Under the pieces are notes generated by a model. That model saw only the letters and a list, made by a program, of their open reading frames with translations, ran no database searches and was not told the DNA's origin. This document shows, one piece after another, positions 19,517 to 28,858 of a stretch of 64,000 nt of DNA. This DNA comes from Bacillales bacterium UBA6380. Lineage in GTDB: Bacteria; Bacillota_I; Bacilli_A; RFN20; CAG-826. Each line of letters starts with the position of its first letter. Position 1 is the stretch's first letter. Location of the stretch: contig DJQS01000008.1 of the NCBI GenBank assembly GCA_002438785.1, forward strand, positions 2,735-66,734. Direction: 5' to 3'. The translations under genes and the position numbers were made by a program.

Positions 19517-20141
19517 TCTAAATTATAAAAGAGAAATTTCAACTTTAATTATTTTAAATATTATTATTTTAATACTTAGTTTTGTTATTTTCATTTTTTC
19601 AAAAAATATTAGACTTTTGCTTTATTTTGCAATAATATTGGTATTATTTAATTTTTATTATTTAACAAAATACAATCGAATAATAGTTAAAAGAAAAAAT
19701 GATTTAACATTTGATTTTATAAATGTATTTAGTTATTTTCGAATTTATATTTCAAATTATAGAAATGTTTATATGTCAATTAAAGAAATAAGTAATTATG
19801 CTTCACCTTTTATAAAAATAAAACTTATAGAATTATTAGATAATATTGATAACGATAAAACCATCAAACCATTCATAACTTTTGCTAATTATTTTAATGA
19901 TAAAAAAATAGAAGAAGTAATGATAGCAATTTATGAAATGGTTAATGAAGGAAATAATGAAAATTATATTAACCAATTTGTAAGCATTTTTGAAACTTAT
20001 AAAGCTAGGATTGAAAAAACTAAAGAAGAGAAAAGAATAAATACTTTCAATAGAATTTGTTCTTTAAGTATCATCGGTGTAGGTATTTTAATGATTATTA
20101 TCATGCTTGGGATTGTAAATATGATAGGAGATCTAATCTAA
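19482..20141 (+). CDS. polytopic membrane protein, TadC/GspF-like platform candidate
   Basis: Same topology as the previous gene (TM, soluble domain, TM). GGAAGG ribosome-binding site. Overlaps the upstream gene. Confidence 0.45.
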   Translation: MSKLKEKIESCNLNYKREISTLIILNIIILILSFVIFIFSKNIRLLLYFAIILVLFNFYYLTKYNRIIVKRKNDLTFDFINVFSYFRIYISNYRNVYMSIKEISNYASPFIKIKLIELLDNIDNDKTIKPFITFANYFNDKKIEEVMIAIYEMVNEGNNENYINQFVSIFETYKARIEKTKEEKRINTFNRICSLSIIGVGILMIIIMLGIVNMIGDLI

Positions 20142-20506
20142 TGAGTAATAAACTAGCTTTTATTTTATCTATCTATATTATTTTAATGACTTTTTTATTT
20201 GGAACTGATTTAGTTATGTTACAAGTAAATTATTCAAATCTTGATTCATTAAGTCAATTAATATCTTTTAAAATAAGTGATTATGGAATTGATGAAAATG
20301 GTGATATTGATTCTACAATAATAGAATTTGCAAAAAACAATTTAAATGCGGACTTAATTAGAGCTGATGAAAGCTCAAAGCAATATAAAGAAGGTGATTT
20401 ATATCCTTATTTTCTTTTTAAAGAATATGATGCCATTATGCTTTCTATTACTCCAATTAAAGTTCAAATTAAGCGATATGCAGTTATCGGAATAAATCAC
20501 ACTTAA
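20141..20506 (+). CDS. small membrane-anchored protein, minor pseudopilin-like (TadE-like?)
   Basis: The ATG overlaps the upstream stop (TAATG). Single N-terminal hydrophobic helix 'LAFILSIYIILMTFLFG' followed by a soluble domain. Confidence 0.35.
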   Translation: MSNKLAFILSIYIILMTFLFGTDLVMLQVNYSNLDSLSQLISFKISDYGIDENGDIDSTIIEFAKNNLNADLIRADESSKQYKEGDLYPYFLFKEYDAIMLSITPIKVQIKRYAVIGINHT

Positions 20507-20517
20507 GGAGGAAATTT

Positions 20518-20709
20518 ATGAGTGAAATTAAAGGTCAATTATTAGGTATTGTGTTGGTATTAGCTATTTTTGGAGCTGTTTCTGGAGCATTATATTCAGC
20601 ATTTAAAACTTCTGCTGATAATGTTGCTGTAAAAGTAAGTGCAGATACCAAAGTCCCAGCAAATAGTAAAGCTATTTCTAACAATAATCTATTAAAATTT
20701 AATAAGTAA
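20518..20709 (+). CDS. 63-aa Flp/pilin-like peptide
   Basis: 'MSEIKG-QLLGIVLVLAIFGAVSGAL' has a charged leader ending in G, then a hydrophobic helix. Size and position match a Flp-type major pilin. GGAGGA ribosome-binding site. The canonical Flp G/xxxxEY motif is not present. Confidence 0.4.
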   Translation: MSEIKGQLLGIVLVLAIFGAVSGALYSAFKTSADNVAVKVSADTKVPANSKAISNNNLLKFNK

Positions 20710-20719
20710 TTTATGATAT

Positions 20720-20751
20720 AAGGTCTATTAGTTATAGGCCTTTTATTTTTT
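20720..20751 (+). terminator. rho-independent terminator after the pilin-like gene
   Basis: 9-bp stem aaggtctat/ataggcctt with one G-U pair, 4-nt loop, then 'tttatttttt'. Confidence 0.7.
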
Positions 20752-20781
20752 GTGTGCTAATATTATAAAGAGGTAATATTT

Positions 20782-21012
20782 ATGACAAATTATGAAAAAG
20801 TTTTAGAAAACTTAAAAACTAAGTTAAAAATTGAAAATTTAGATGCTAATGCAACATTAGCAAGTTTAGGACTTGATTCCCTTGATGTTGTAGAATTTGT
20901 TTTAGATTTAGAAGATGAATATGGCATAACTTTTGAACCAAGCGAAACTCAAGACATTAAAACTCTAGGTGATTTATTAAGACTAATTAAATCTAAATTA
21001 GGCGATAAATAA
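20782..21012 (+). CDS. acpP: acyl carrier protein
   Basis: 'LGLDSLDVVEFVLDLEDEYG' carries the phosphopantetheine-attachment DSL motif. 76 aa. Confidence 0.85.
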   Translation: MTNYEKVLENLKTKLKIENLDANATLASLGLDSLDVVEFVLDLEDEYGITFEPSETQDIKTLGDLLRLIKSKLGDK

Positions 21013-21028
21013 ATTTTTAAAAAAAGTG

Positions 21029-21057
21029 TTGAATTGAGCAACGCTATTTGCTATATT
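21029..21057 (+). promoter_or_regulatory. promoter of the tRNA-Asn/tRNA-Glu operon (TTGAAT-17-TGcTATATT)
   Basis: -35 TTGAAT, a 17-nt spacer and an extended -10 TGnTATATT, placed about 21 nt upstream of tRNA-Asn. Confidence 0.55.
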
Positions 21058-21078
21058 ATTAAAGCACTAAGGTGCTAT

Positions 21079-21153
21079 GCCAACTTAGCTCAATGGTAGA
21101 GCAATCGGCTGTTAACCGATCGGTTGTAGGTTCGAGCCCTATAGTTGGCGCCA
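21079..21153 (+). tRNA. tRNA-Asn (anticodon GUU)
   Basis: gccaact...agctcaatggtagagc...ggctGTTaaccgat...ggttcgagccct...agttggcgCCA. The cloverleaf is canonical. Confidence 0.85.
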
Positions 21154-21155
21154 GT

Positions 21156-21232
21156 GGCCTATTGGAGAAGTGGCTTAACTCACATGCCTTTCACGCATGC
21201 ATTCATGGGTTCGAATCCCGTATAGGTCACCA
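21156..21232 (+). tRNA. tRNA-Glu (anticodon UUC)
   Basis: ggcctat...catgc-ctTTCac-gcatg...atgggttcgaatcccgt-ataggtc-aCCA. Resembles Firmicute tRNA-Glu. Confidence 0.8.
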
Positions 21233-21246
21233 TTAAGGTTATAAAT

Positions 21247-21283
21247 GTTTGATACTCTTTCGTTGGGTGTCAAACTTTTTTTG
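21247..21283 (+). terminator. rho-independent terminator of the tRNA operon
   Basis: 11-bp stem gtttgatactc/gggtgtcaaac (two G-U pairs), 7-nt loop, then T7. Confidence 0.7.
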
Positions 21284-21730
21284 TTTATAGCGATATATAC
21301 TGACTTTTTAAGAATTGACACCGTGTAATAGTGTCTAAAAAAGGAAGTAAAATAAGATATTAATCATCATGTTTACATGAATAGTGTTCACTAATACATG
21401 ACAATACACTATTACACAGTGGAATGCACACAATTGAAATTTCATAAATTGCTTAACGCCGCGCTTAATTTTGTTCCATTACTTCATTTTTCTAGATAAT
21501 AGTTATATAAATATTTACTAGAAATATAATTTAAGTGAGACTATTTTTCTTAAAACGTAAGAATAAACGTTTCAAATCATTTGAAAGTGTATAGTATTAG
21601 GTAAGTTATATTTTATTTATTTCTATATTAATCCATTTTTATTTTATAAAATTAATTTGGTTATTACTAAAATTAGTTATAAAATTACATTGCTTAATAA
21701 AAGTGTTCCGAAAAAATAAAAGGAGATTTT

Positions 21731-22897
21731 ATGGAAGAAATAAATCATCAAGAAAAAATAAGTAAAAAAATCACTAATTTTTTTATCACGACATTAAATG
21801 GAATGGCTCATGGATTATTTGCAACTTTAATAGTTGGTACAATAATTGGTACAATTGGAGGGTTCTTTTTATATGGTAGTGGTAATAGTTTTTGTGATTT
21901 TATGTATAAAGTATTTGGTGATAGCAAAATTAGTATCTCTTTTTGTTTACAATCTATTACCGGACTTGGTATTGGAATAGGAATTGCTTTATCTTTAAAA
22001 CTATCTCCATTAAAAACTATAGTATTAGGAGCTATTGGAGAAATTGCAGCTTTTTTATCATTATCAACCAAATTTTGTATTGATCCTTTTAATTATGTAG
22101 AATCATTTATGTTTAAAATAGGAGATCCTCTTACGATCTATGTTGTTGTTATTTTAACAGCTTTATTGTTAGAATTTGTTTTAAAGAAGAAGACACCAGT
22201 TGATATATTACTTATACCATTATTTGGAATTATAGTAGGAACAATAATTACTTTAGGTGTAAGATATCCATTAATTTATATAACATACGGAATTCAATGG
22301 GTTGTTGGAAATGCCACAAATATTATTCCTTTTATAATGGGAATAATAATATCTGTTATTATGGGAATGGCTTTAACAGCGCCAATTTCTAGCGCCGCTA
22401 TTGCGGCAATGGTGTTTACTTTACCAACAAATATGAACTACTCTGAATTATTGAGTAGCTCTACATATTCAGGATTAGCATTAGCTAGTGGCGCTGCAAT
22501 TATTGGCTGTTGTACACAAATGGTGGGTTTTGCTATTCAATCGAGAAAAGATAATTCACTTGGTGTTGTTATATCAATAGCTATTGGGACATCAATGTTG
22601 CAATTTAAAAATATATTAAAAAAGCCGATTATTTGGCTCCCTACAATTATAGCTTCTGCAATTTTAGGACCAGTTTCAACTTGTCTATTAAAAGTAGTTT
22701 GTTTAGGTTCAAGTGCTGGAATGGGAACTGCTGGTTTAGTTGGACAGATTGGAACTTTTGCTTCTATGGGTAATATTTGGCAAACTTGGGTGGGTATCTT
22801 TATTTTAGAAATTATTGCCCCTATTATTCTTGTATTTTTGATTGATCTTTTATTTAGAAAGTTAAATTGGATTGTTAAAGGTGATTTAACTATATAG
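21731..22897 (+). CDS. polytopic Gly-rich membrane permease (PTS EIIC-like or other transporter; family uncertain)
   Basis: 388 aa with about 10 hydrophobic segments and many GxxxG motifs. AAGGAG ribosome-binding site. Preceded by a 500-bp structured leader. Confidence 0.45.
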   Translation: MEEINHQEKISKKITNFFITTLNGMAHGLFATLIVGTIIGTIGGFFLYGSGNSFCDFMYKVFGDSKISISFCLQSITGLGIGIGIALSLKLSPLKTIVLGAIGEIAAFLSLSTKFCIDPFNYVESFMFKIGDPLTIYVVVILTALLLEFVLKKKTPVDILLIPLFGIIVGTIITLGVRYPLIYITYGIQWVVGNATNIIPFIMGIIISVIMGMALTAPISSAAIAAMVFTLPTNMNYSELLSSSTYSGLALASGAAIIGCCTQMVGFAIQSRKDNSLGVVISIAIGTSMLQFKNILKKPIIWLPTIIASAILGPVSTCLLKVVCLGSSAGMGTAGLVGQIGTFASMGNIWQTWVGIFILEIIAPIILVFLIDLLFRKLNWIVKGDLTI

Positions 22898-23009
22898 AAA
22901 AAAAGAATTTATATATTAAGATTAATAATATTTAGAATATGCTAATAATTAATAATTATCTTACGTATAATTTGATAAAATAAAGATAACTATATTGGAG
23001 GAAATTATA

Positions 23010-23930
23010 ATGAACAAATTTAAGGATTTAAGAATAGTTGATAACTTTTATCAAACTTCGGCTTTTTTTCCGATGCCAACTATATTGATTTCTACACTTG
23101 ATGATGAGGGGAAAACAACTTTAGGTGCATATTCTTTATGTTTTCCTTATTATATTGCTGGTAAAGATTATTATGCGATGATTTTAGAATGTCGAAATTC
23201 TTCAAATACTGCACAAAACATTTTAAAAAGAGGGAAATGTGCTTTAAATTTCCTTGAAGATAATAAAAAAGATTTTAAAGAAACTGTTAGATTAGGATTT
23301 CCAGGTGATACAAGTAAAGAGAAAATGAAAGATTGTATTTTTAAACTTGAAAATGGCTTAGCTAGTGGAATAAGGCCACAAATTATTTCAAAAGCTTATC
23401 AAGTTTTTGAATGTAGTTGGGATGATAGTTTAGAAAACGCTTATTTAGATAAAAATAAAGTTGGACAACTTGATGGAGTGGAAGGTCCTTATAGAAATTT
23501 TAATGGTATAACATCTAAATTTGGTTGTCATTTTATTTTAAAAATTGACAAGATTCTTATGAAAGAAAAATATTATGATGCAATTATTAATGGCGTTAAA
23601 GCTAAAAATTTTCCAAAAATACCTGTTGATTATGGTTATAGAGATTCGACAAATTTTTGGTACGAGAAGTTCTCTAAGCCTATTGCAATGCCAATTCCTG
23701 CAAAAAAGGAAGCTGATTTAAATGGTGTAATTTATGCTGCAAACAGAATTGATCCTGAAATAAAATTTACTGAAGAAGCCTGCAAATCTCTTGTAAAAGT
23801 ACCTAGAATATTTTTAAAAACTGTGTTAAATGGATGTGTTGAATATGCTAAAGAACATAATATTAAAGTGATTGATGAAAACGTAATGAAAGACATTAAT
23901 GATAAGCGAAGAAAAGAAAAAGGAAAATAA
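23010..23930 (+). CDS. flavin reductase-like (FMN-binding split-barrel) domain protein with C-terminal extension
   Basis: 'AFFPMPTILISTLDDEGKTTLGAYSLCFP...AMILECRNSSNTAQNILKRGKCALNF' fits the flavin reductase-like domain pattern. GGAGG ribosome-binding site before the ATG at 23010; the six-frame track starts at a TTG at 22995. Confidence 0.5.
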   Translation: MNKFKDLRIVDNFYQTSAFFPMPTILISTLDDEGKTTLGAYSLCFPYYIAGKDYYAMILECRNSSNTAQNILKRGKCALNFLEDNKKDFKETVRLGFPGDTSKEKMKDCIFKLENGLASGIRPQIISKAYQVFECSWDDSLENAYLDKNKVGQLDGVEGPYRNFNGITSKFGCHFILKIDKILMKEKYYDAIINGVKAKNFPKIPVDYGYRDSTNFWYEKFSKPIAMPIPAKKEADLNGVIYAANRIDPEIKFTEEACKSLVKVPRIFLKTVLNGCVEYAKEHNIKVIDENVMKDINDKRRKEKGK

Positions 23931-23934
23931 TTTT

Positions 23935-24693
23935 ATGAAGCAACCTAAAAATATGCCTTTTAAAAAAGTTAAAATGACTGTTTTTACATTTATCATTCTT
24001 TGTATAACTGTTTTAATTTTTATATCTAATTTAGTTTTTTTATTCATAAATAAAAAAGATTCTACTAAATCAATTTTAGTATTTAACATATTAGAATCTT
24101 TATTAATGTTTATTCTTATTTTTATTCCTAATATTTTTACAAAGATTACAAAATTAAAGATTCCTGCTAGTATGGAAATAATGTATATAATTTTTTGTAC
24201 ATGCTCTATTATTTTAGGTGAAATCGGTGATTTTTATGCGAAATTTGGATGGTGGGACTCATTATTACATTTTTCTAGTGGAATATTATTAGGCATTTTA
24301 GGTTATGTAATTATCAATACGTTTAATAAATATAGTTCTGATAAAGAATTTAAATTTTCCCCATTATTTGTTAGTATATGGTGCATATGTTTTTCTTTAG
24401 CTATTGGTGCTATATGGGAAATGATTGAATTTGGATGTGATGAATTTTTTGGTACAAATATGCAACAATTTATGGAAAGTCGTGGAACTTTAGATAGTGG
24501 AGTAGCTTTAATTGGTCATGAAGCTTTAAAAGATACTATGAAAGATATAAGTTTAGATTTTTTAGGTTCAATTATACCTTCGCTTATTGGGTTTTTTGAG
24601 CTAAGAAAACACAAGAAAGGATTTGCTAATTCATATTTAGAAAAAGAAAAAGAAGAAATGAAAAAGAATAAGCCTGTTATTTTTGGAAAATAA
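23935..24693 (+). CDS. membrane protein, hypothetical
   Basis: Four to six TM helices. The ATG at 23935 lies just after the upstream stop, with an AAAGGA ribosome-binding site. The longer overlapping start in the six-frame track is judged less likely. Confidence 0.45.
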   Translation: MKQPKNMPFKKVKMTVFTFIILCITVLIFISNLVFLFINKKDSTKSILVFNILESLLMFILIFIPNIFTKITKLKIPASMEIMYIIFCTCSIILGEIGDFYAKFGWWDSLLHFSSGILLGILGYVIINTFNKYSSDKEFKFSPLFVSIWCICFSLAIGAIWEMIEFGCDEFFGTNMQQFMESRGTLDSGVALIGHEALKDTMKDISLDFLGSIIPSLIGFFELRKHKKGFANSYLEKEKEEMKKNKPVIFGK

Positions 24694-24743
24694 AGAAAAT
24701 AATTGAATTTAGAAGAGTTTTTATTTATATAAGGAGAAAAAAT

Positions 24744-26180
24744 ATGTCTTGTACAACTATTTTAGTAGGAAAAAAAGCAAGTTTTGATGGGTCAACAATG
24801 ATTGCACGAAATGATGATTCACCTAGTGGCATTTTTCATGAAAAGAAAATGATTGTTGTTGAACCTAAAAATCAAAAGTTAAGGTATTCATCGAAACTGT
24901 CGACATTTAAAATTGAACTTCCTTCTAACCCATTACGTTATACTTTAATGCCTAATGTTAATAAAAAAGAAGGTATTTGGGGTGCTGCAGGAATAAATAG
25001 TATGAATGTAGGAATGACTGCTACTGAAACAATAACTTCTAATCCGCTTGTTTTAGGTGCTGATCCATTATGCGTTGATTATAAAACCGGAAAAAATTAT
25101 GGTATTGGTGAAGAAGATTTAGTATGTATTGTATTACCATACATTAAAAGTGCTAGAGAAGGTGTTTTAAGACTTGGATCATTAATTGAAAAATATGGAA
25201 CATATGAAAGTAATGGCATCGCTTTTAATGATGAAAATGAAATTTGGTGGTTTGAATCAATAGGTGGACATCATTGGATTGCTAAAAAAGTACCAGATGA
25301 TCGATATGTTGTTATGCCTAATCAATTTGGATTAGACAATTTTGATTTTGATGATGCTTATAATGAGGCTAATGAAAATTTATGCTCCAGAGATTTAATA
25401 GAATTTATTAAAAAATATCATCTTGATTTAAATTTATCTAATAATTTTAATCCACGCCTAGCTTTTGGTAGTCATGATGATTCTGATCATGTTTATAATA
25501 CTCCTCGAGCATGGTTTATGCTTCGATATTTCAATCCTAATTCATACAAATGGGATGGTGAAAATGCTGATTATAAGCCAGAAAGTGATGATTTACCTTG
25601 GTCGATGATTCCAGAAAGAAAAATTACCATCGAAGACATTAAATATATTTTATCTAGCTATTATCAAGGAACTATTTTTAATCCATATCTTAAAGATGGT
25701 AAACATATATATCGACCAATTGGAATTAGTAGAACTAGTTTTATGGCTATACTTCAAATTCGACCTTATGTTAAGGATACTTTAAAAAGTATTGAATGGG
25801 TTTGCTTTGGATCTAATGCATTTAATGCAATTATACCGATTTACACTAATACTACTTTAATTCCTTCTTATTTAAACAATACTACTTTAGATGTAAACAC
25901 CAATAATTTTTATTGGTGTTCAAGATTAATTGGCGTGTTAGCTGATTCTAATTTTAATTTAACTAGTATTTATATTGAAAGATATCAAGATAATGTCGCT
26001 AAGTATTCTCATGAACTAATTAATAAACATGATGATATTATTAATGATGTAAGTGATGTTAATAAAGCTAATTTAGAAATTTCAAATATGGTTAAAAAAG
26101 AAACAACGAAGACATTAAATAAATTAGTTTATGTAACTAGTATGAAAATGAAAAACGGATTCGCTAGAAGCGATAATTAA
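24744..26180 (+). CDS. C69-family dipeptidase
   Basis: N-terminus 'MSCTTILVGKKASFDGSTMIARNDD' matches the Cys-nucleophile N-terminus of peptidase family C69. Confidence 0.7.
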   Translation: MSCTTILVGKKASFDGSTMIARNDDSPSGIFHEKKMIVVEPKNQKLRYSSKLSTFKIELPSNPLRYTLMPNVNKKEGIWGAAGINSMNVGMTATETITSNPLVLGADPLCVDYKTGKNYGIGEEDLVCIVLPYIKSAREGVLRLGSLIEKYGTYESNGIAFNDENEIWWFESIGGHHWIAKKVPDDRYVVMPNQFGLDNFDFDDAYNEANENLCSRDLIEFIKKYHLDLNLSNNFNPRLAFGSHDDSDHVYNTPRAWFMLRYFNPNSYKWDGENADYKPESDDLPWSMIPERKITIEDIKYILSSYYQGTIFNPYLKDGKHIYRPIGISRTSFMAILQIRPYVKDTLKSIEWVCFGSNAFNAIIPIYTNTTLIPSYLNNTTLDVNTNNFYWCSRLIGVLADSNFNLTSIYIERYQDNVAKYSHELINKHDDIINDVSDVNKANLEISNMVKKETTKTLNKLVYVTSMKMKNGFARSDN

Positions 26181-26181
26181 A

Positions 26182-26454
26182 ATGAAGGAAAACTTAAAGA
26201 TTTATAATATATTAAAATTAATGAATGATGGATATTCTTTTATATCCTATGTAAATAATGAAGAAGTAACATTTTTTATAGATTCTGATAATGTAATTGC
26301 TATTTCTAATTATTATAGGCTAAAACTAAATAAAACTGATTTTATGAAACTATATAAAGACAATGAATTCATGTTAAAAGAAGACATTGATAAAGTAAAG
26401 ATGGATTTAAATAAAGATTTAGAATATTATTCAAAGATTCAAAAAAGACAGTGA
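26182..26454 (+). CDS. hypothetical small protein
   Basis: 90-aa ORF, tightly packed between neighbours with a 1-nt gap upstream. Confidence 0.35.
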   Translation: MKENLKIYNILKLMNDGYSFISYVNNEEVTFFIDSDNVIAISNYYRLKLNKTDFMKLYKDNEFMLKEDIDKVKMDLNKDLEYYSKIQKRQ

Positions 26455-26461
26455 GGCATAT

Positions 26462-27478
26462 ATGAATATAGGGTTTATTGGAGCAAGTAAAATTTTAGAA
26501 ACAGTTATACCAATTTTTAGTAAATTTCCAGATAAATTTACATTATATGGTATAAGTAGTAGGGATAAAGAAAAAGCATTAGAATTTCAGAAAAAATATT
26601 CTATTTGCAAGGTTTTCGATTCATATGAAGACTTAGCAAAAGACGATAATATTGAATTAGTGTATGTTTCTACAGTAATTAGTAAACATTATGAAGATGT
26701 AAAATTATGTTTAAAAAATAATAAAAATGTTATTGTTGAAAAATCATTTACTAAATCTTATAAAGAAGCTAAGGAACTAATTGATTTAGCTAAGAAAAAG
26801 AACTTATATTTAGAAGAAGCCATATGGACAAGATTTATGCCTAGTAGAAATATAATTAATAAAATCATTAATTCAAAATTAATTGGTGATGTATATTATA
26901 TTGAAGCAAATCTTGGCTATAATATTTTTAATGTTGAAAGAATTAAAAATCCGTTATTAGGTGGAGGAGCATTACTTGATGTTGGTGTTTACCCATTGAA
27001 TTTTATTGATATGTTTGCTAGAAGTGTCAATCAAACTAACGAAATAGTTAGCTTTAATGTTATGAGTAAGCTTACTAATTTAGGAGTAGATGAGACAATT
27101 TGTGGTAATATCATTTACCAAAATGGTATCATTGGTAATTTCTTTGCAACTATTAATAATCTTACTACTCGAATAGGATATATTTATGGTAAAGATGGTA
27201 TTATTAAAGTGACAAATATTAACAATCCTGAGTTAATTGAAGTTTATAAAAGAAATAATATTAAAAAGAATAAATTTGATTTGGTAAGTAAAATTAAAGT
27301 TAAAGAAGAAGTTAATGGCTATGAATATGAATTCTTAGAAGCGTTTGACTTAATTAATAAAAAAAGAATTGAATCGAATTCAATGCCATTAAATGATAGC
27401 TTAAGAATGATGAATTTAATGAATAATATGCTTAAAAAAATAAAATCTAAAGTTGTAGAAACTAATAAAAAAAATTAG
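26462..27478 (+). CDS. Gfo/Idh/MocA-family NAD(P)-dependent oxidoreductase
   Basis: N-terminal Rossmann 'MNIGFIGASKI' and 'EKSFTKSYKEAKELIDLAKKKNLYLEEAIWTRFMP' are typical of the Gfo/Idh/MocA family. Confidence 0.65.
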   Translation: MNIGFIGASKILETVIPIFSKFPDKFTLYGISSRDKEKALEFQKKYSICKVFDSYEDLAKDDNIELVYVSTVISKHYEDVKLCLKNNKNVIVEKSFTKSYKEAKELIDLAKKKNLYLEEAIWTRFMPSRNIINKIINSKLIGDVYYIEANLGYNIFNVERIKNPLLGGGALLDVGVYPLNFIDMFARSVNQTNEIVSFNVMSKLTNLGVDETICGNIIYQNGIIGNFFATINNLTTRIGYIYGKDGIIKVTNINNPELIEVYKRNNIKKNKFDLVSKIKVKEEVNGYEYEFLEAFDLINKKRIESNSMPLNDSLRMMNLMNNMLKKIKSKVVETNKKN

Positions 27479-27489
27479 GATTAGTAGAT

Positions 27490-28557
27490 TTATTTAATAA
27501 ATTTAAAGTTTTTAATTAAATAATTTAAGTTATCATTTAAAAGTAATTTACTTAATTCGTTATAAGATGAAATAGTTTTATTTTTATAAGTTTTATAAAA
27601 ATAATTCATTAATTGATCCTCTATTGTATCTATTTTATTATAATATTTTTCATTAAGACCTTCATATTGTTCAATTAAAAAATTAATAAAAATTCTTCTT
27701 ATTAAAGATAATAATGAATCATTTAACCAATAGGAGAAAGTGGCTTGAGGAAATTTATTTTCTAATATTTTAAATCTTAAATAAAATTCCAGTCCATCAT
27801 TAGGATTATGATATAAATCTAAAAATAAAAAATCAAAATTAAATTTATCTATATCTTTTTTTATAAAAATTAAAGCATCCTCATTTATTATTTTTATTTT
27901 ATTTTTATATTGAAATCTAGGCAAAATAAATTTACTAAAAATGTCAATTATATTTTTATCTTTTTCAACAATGTAAATGTTATTAACATTTTCTTTTAAA
28001 GAAATCATAAATTGATAATATCCTAAACCTAGACCAAAAGTTAATACATTACCTTTAGCAGATGCAATTTGCTTACTCATCGTATTAATTTCATTTGGAG
28101 TAATAAGCATCCAAATTTCATTTTTGTATGATAATGTTAAATATTGAAATTCATTATTAAAATAACTTAAGTTAGTAATTTCTTTATAATTATCCTTTAT
28201 TTCAATATCATCGCTTATAAATATTTCATAGGGCTTATATTTTTTAAATTCAAGTTTATAATCATCTTTAATAAAACTAATATTTTTAAAAGCTTTTACA
28301 TAATCATTATCTAAAAATGAATTTAGATTAAGTTCTTTTAGATGAGTCTGATCTAAATAAACATTAATTTCTTCACTTTCATTAAGATATTTTTTTATAT
28401 TAATTTTTAATGAATTATTAATATTTTGCTTATTAAAATACATATCCTTATTAGATATAATCAAGTTATTTATTTCTGCATTAAACTTATTTTTTTCAAT
28501 CTGTTCAACTAGTTTTTCAAATCTTTTAAAATCATTTTTATTTAAATCAATGAGCAT
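27490..28557 (-). CDS. putative class I SAM-dependent methyltransferase / spermidine-synthase-like protein
   Basis: 'NVLTFGLGLGYY' is a Gly-rich motif-I-like segment. 'IYIVEKDKNIIDIF' and acidic 'DFLFLDLY' segments fit the spermidine synthase / MTase fold. Weak call. Confidence 0.35.
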   Translation of the reverse strand: MLIDLNKNDFKRFEKLVEQIEKNKFNAEINNLIISNKDMYFNKQNINNSLKINIKKYLNESEEINVYLDQTHLKELNLNSFLDNDYVKAFKNISFIKDDYKLEFKKYKPYEIFISDDIEIKDNYKEITNLSYFNNEFQYLTLSYKNEIWMLITPNEINTMSKQIASAKGNVLTFGLGLGYYQFMISLKENVNNIYIVEKDKNIIDIFSKFILPRFQYKNKIKIINEDALIFIKKDIDKFNFDFLFLDLYHNPNDGLEFYLRFKILENKFPQATFSYWLNDSLLSLIRRIFINFLIEQYEGLNEKYYNKIDTIEDQLMNYFYKTYKNKTISSYNELSKLLLNDNLNYLIKNFKFIK

Positions 28558-28617
28558 GAAATTATCTTAACAATCTATTGACAAATGGTCAATATTTTAG
28601 CAAAATAATATGGCGTT

Positions 28618-28693
28618 GGGTCTTTAGCTCAGCTGGGAGAGCGCTTCCATGGCATGGAAGAGGTCACCGGTTCGATCCCGGCAAGATCCACCA
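28618..28693 (+). tRNA. tRNA-Ala (anticodon GGC)
   Basis: gggtctttagctcagctgggagagcgc...cttcc-atGGCat-ggaag...ggttcgatcccgg-caagatcc-aCCA. The G3:U70 identity pair is present. Confidence 0.85.
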
Positions 28694-28858
28694 AATTTTA
28701 ATTAATTAAGGGCTTGATTGATATGAAACATCGATTAAGTCTTTTTATTTTCGCATTTATGAAAATAAATGAAAAAATTTCATAGTTTAATTCATTTGAT
28801 TTTCTCTTTTTAATCTATGATTAAATATTTTATAATTAATAGGAAAAGAGGTAAAAAT

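Noticed and set aside
28694-28858. A Rex-like TGAAA-N3-TTTCA element upstream of the Fe-ADH pseudogene.
   Set aside because: It is imperfect, and A-runs generate such patterns by chance. It is not a convincing Rex box.
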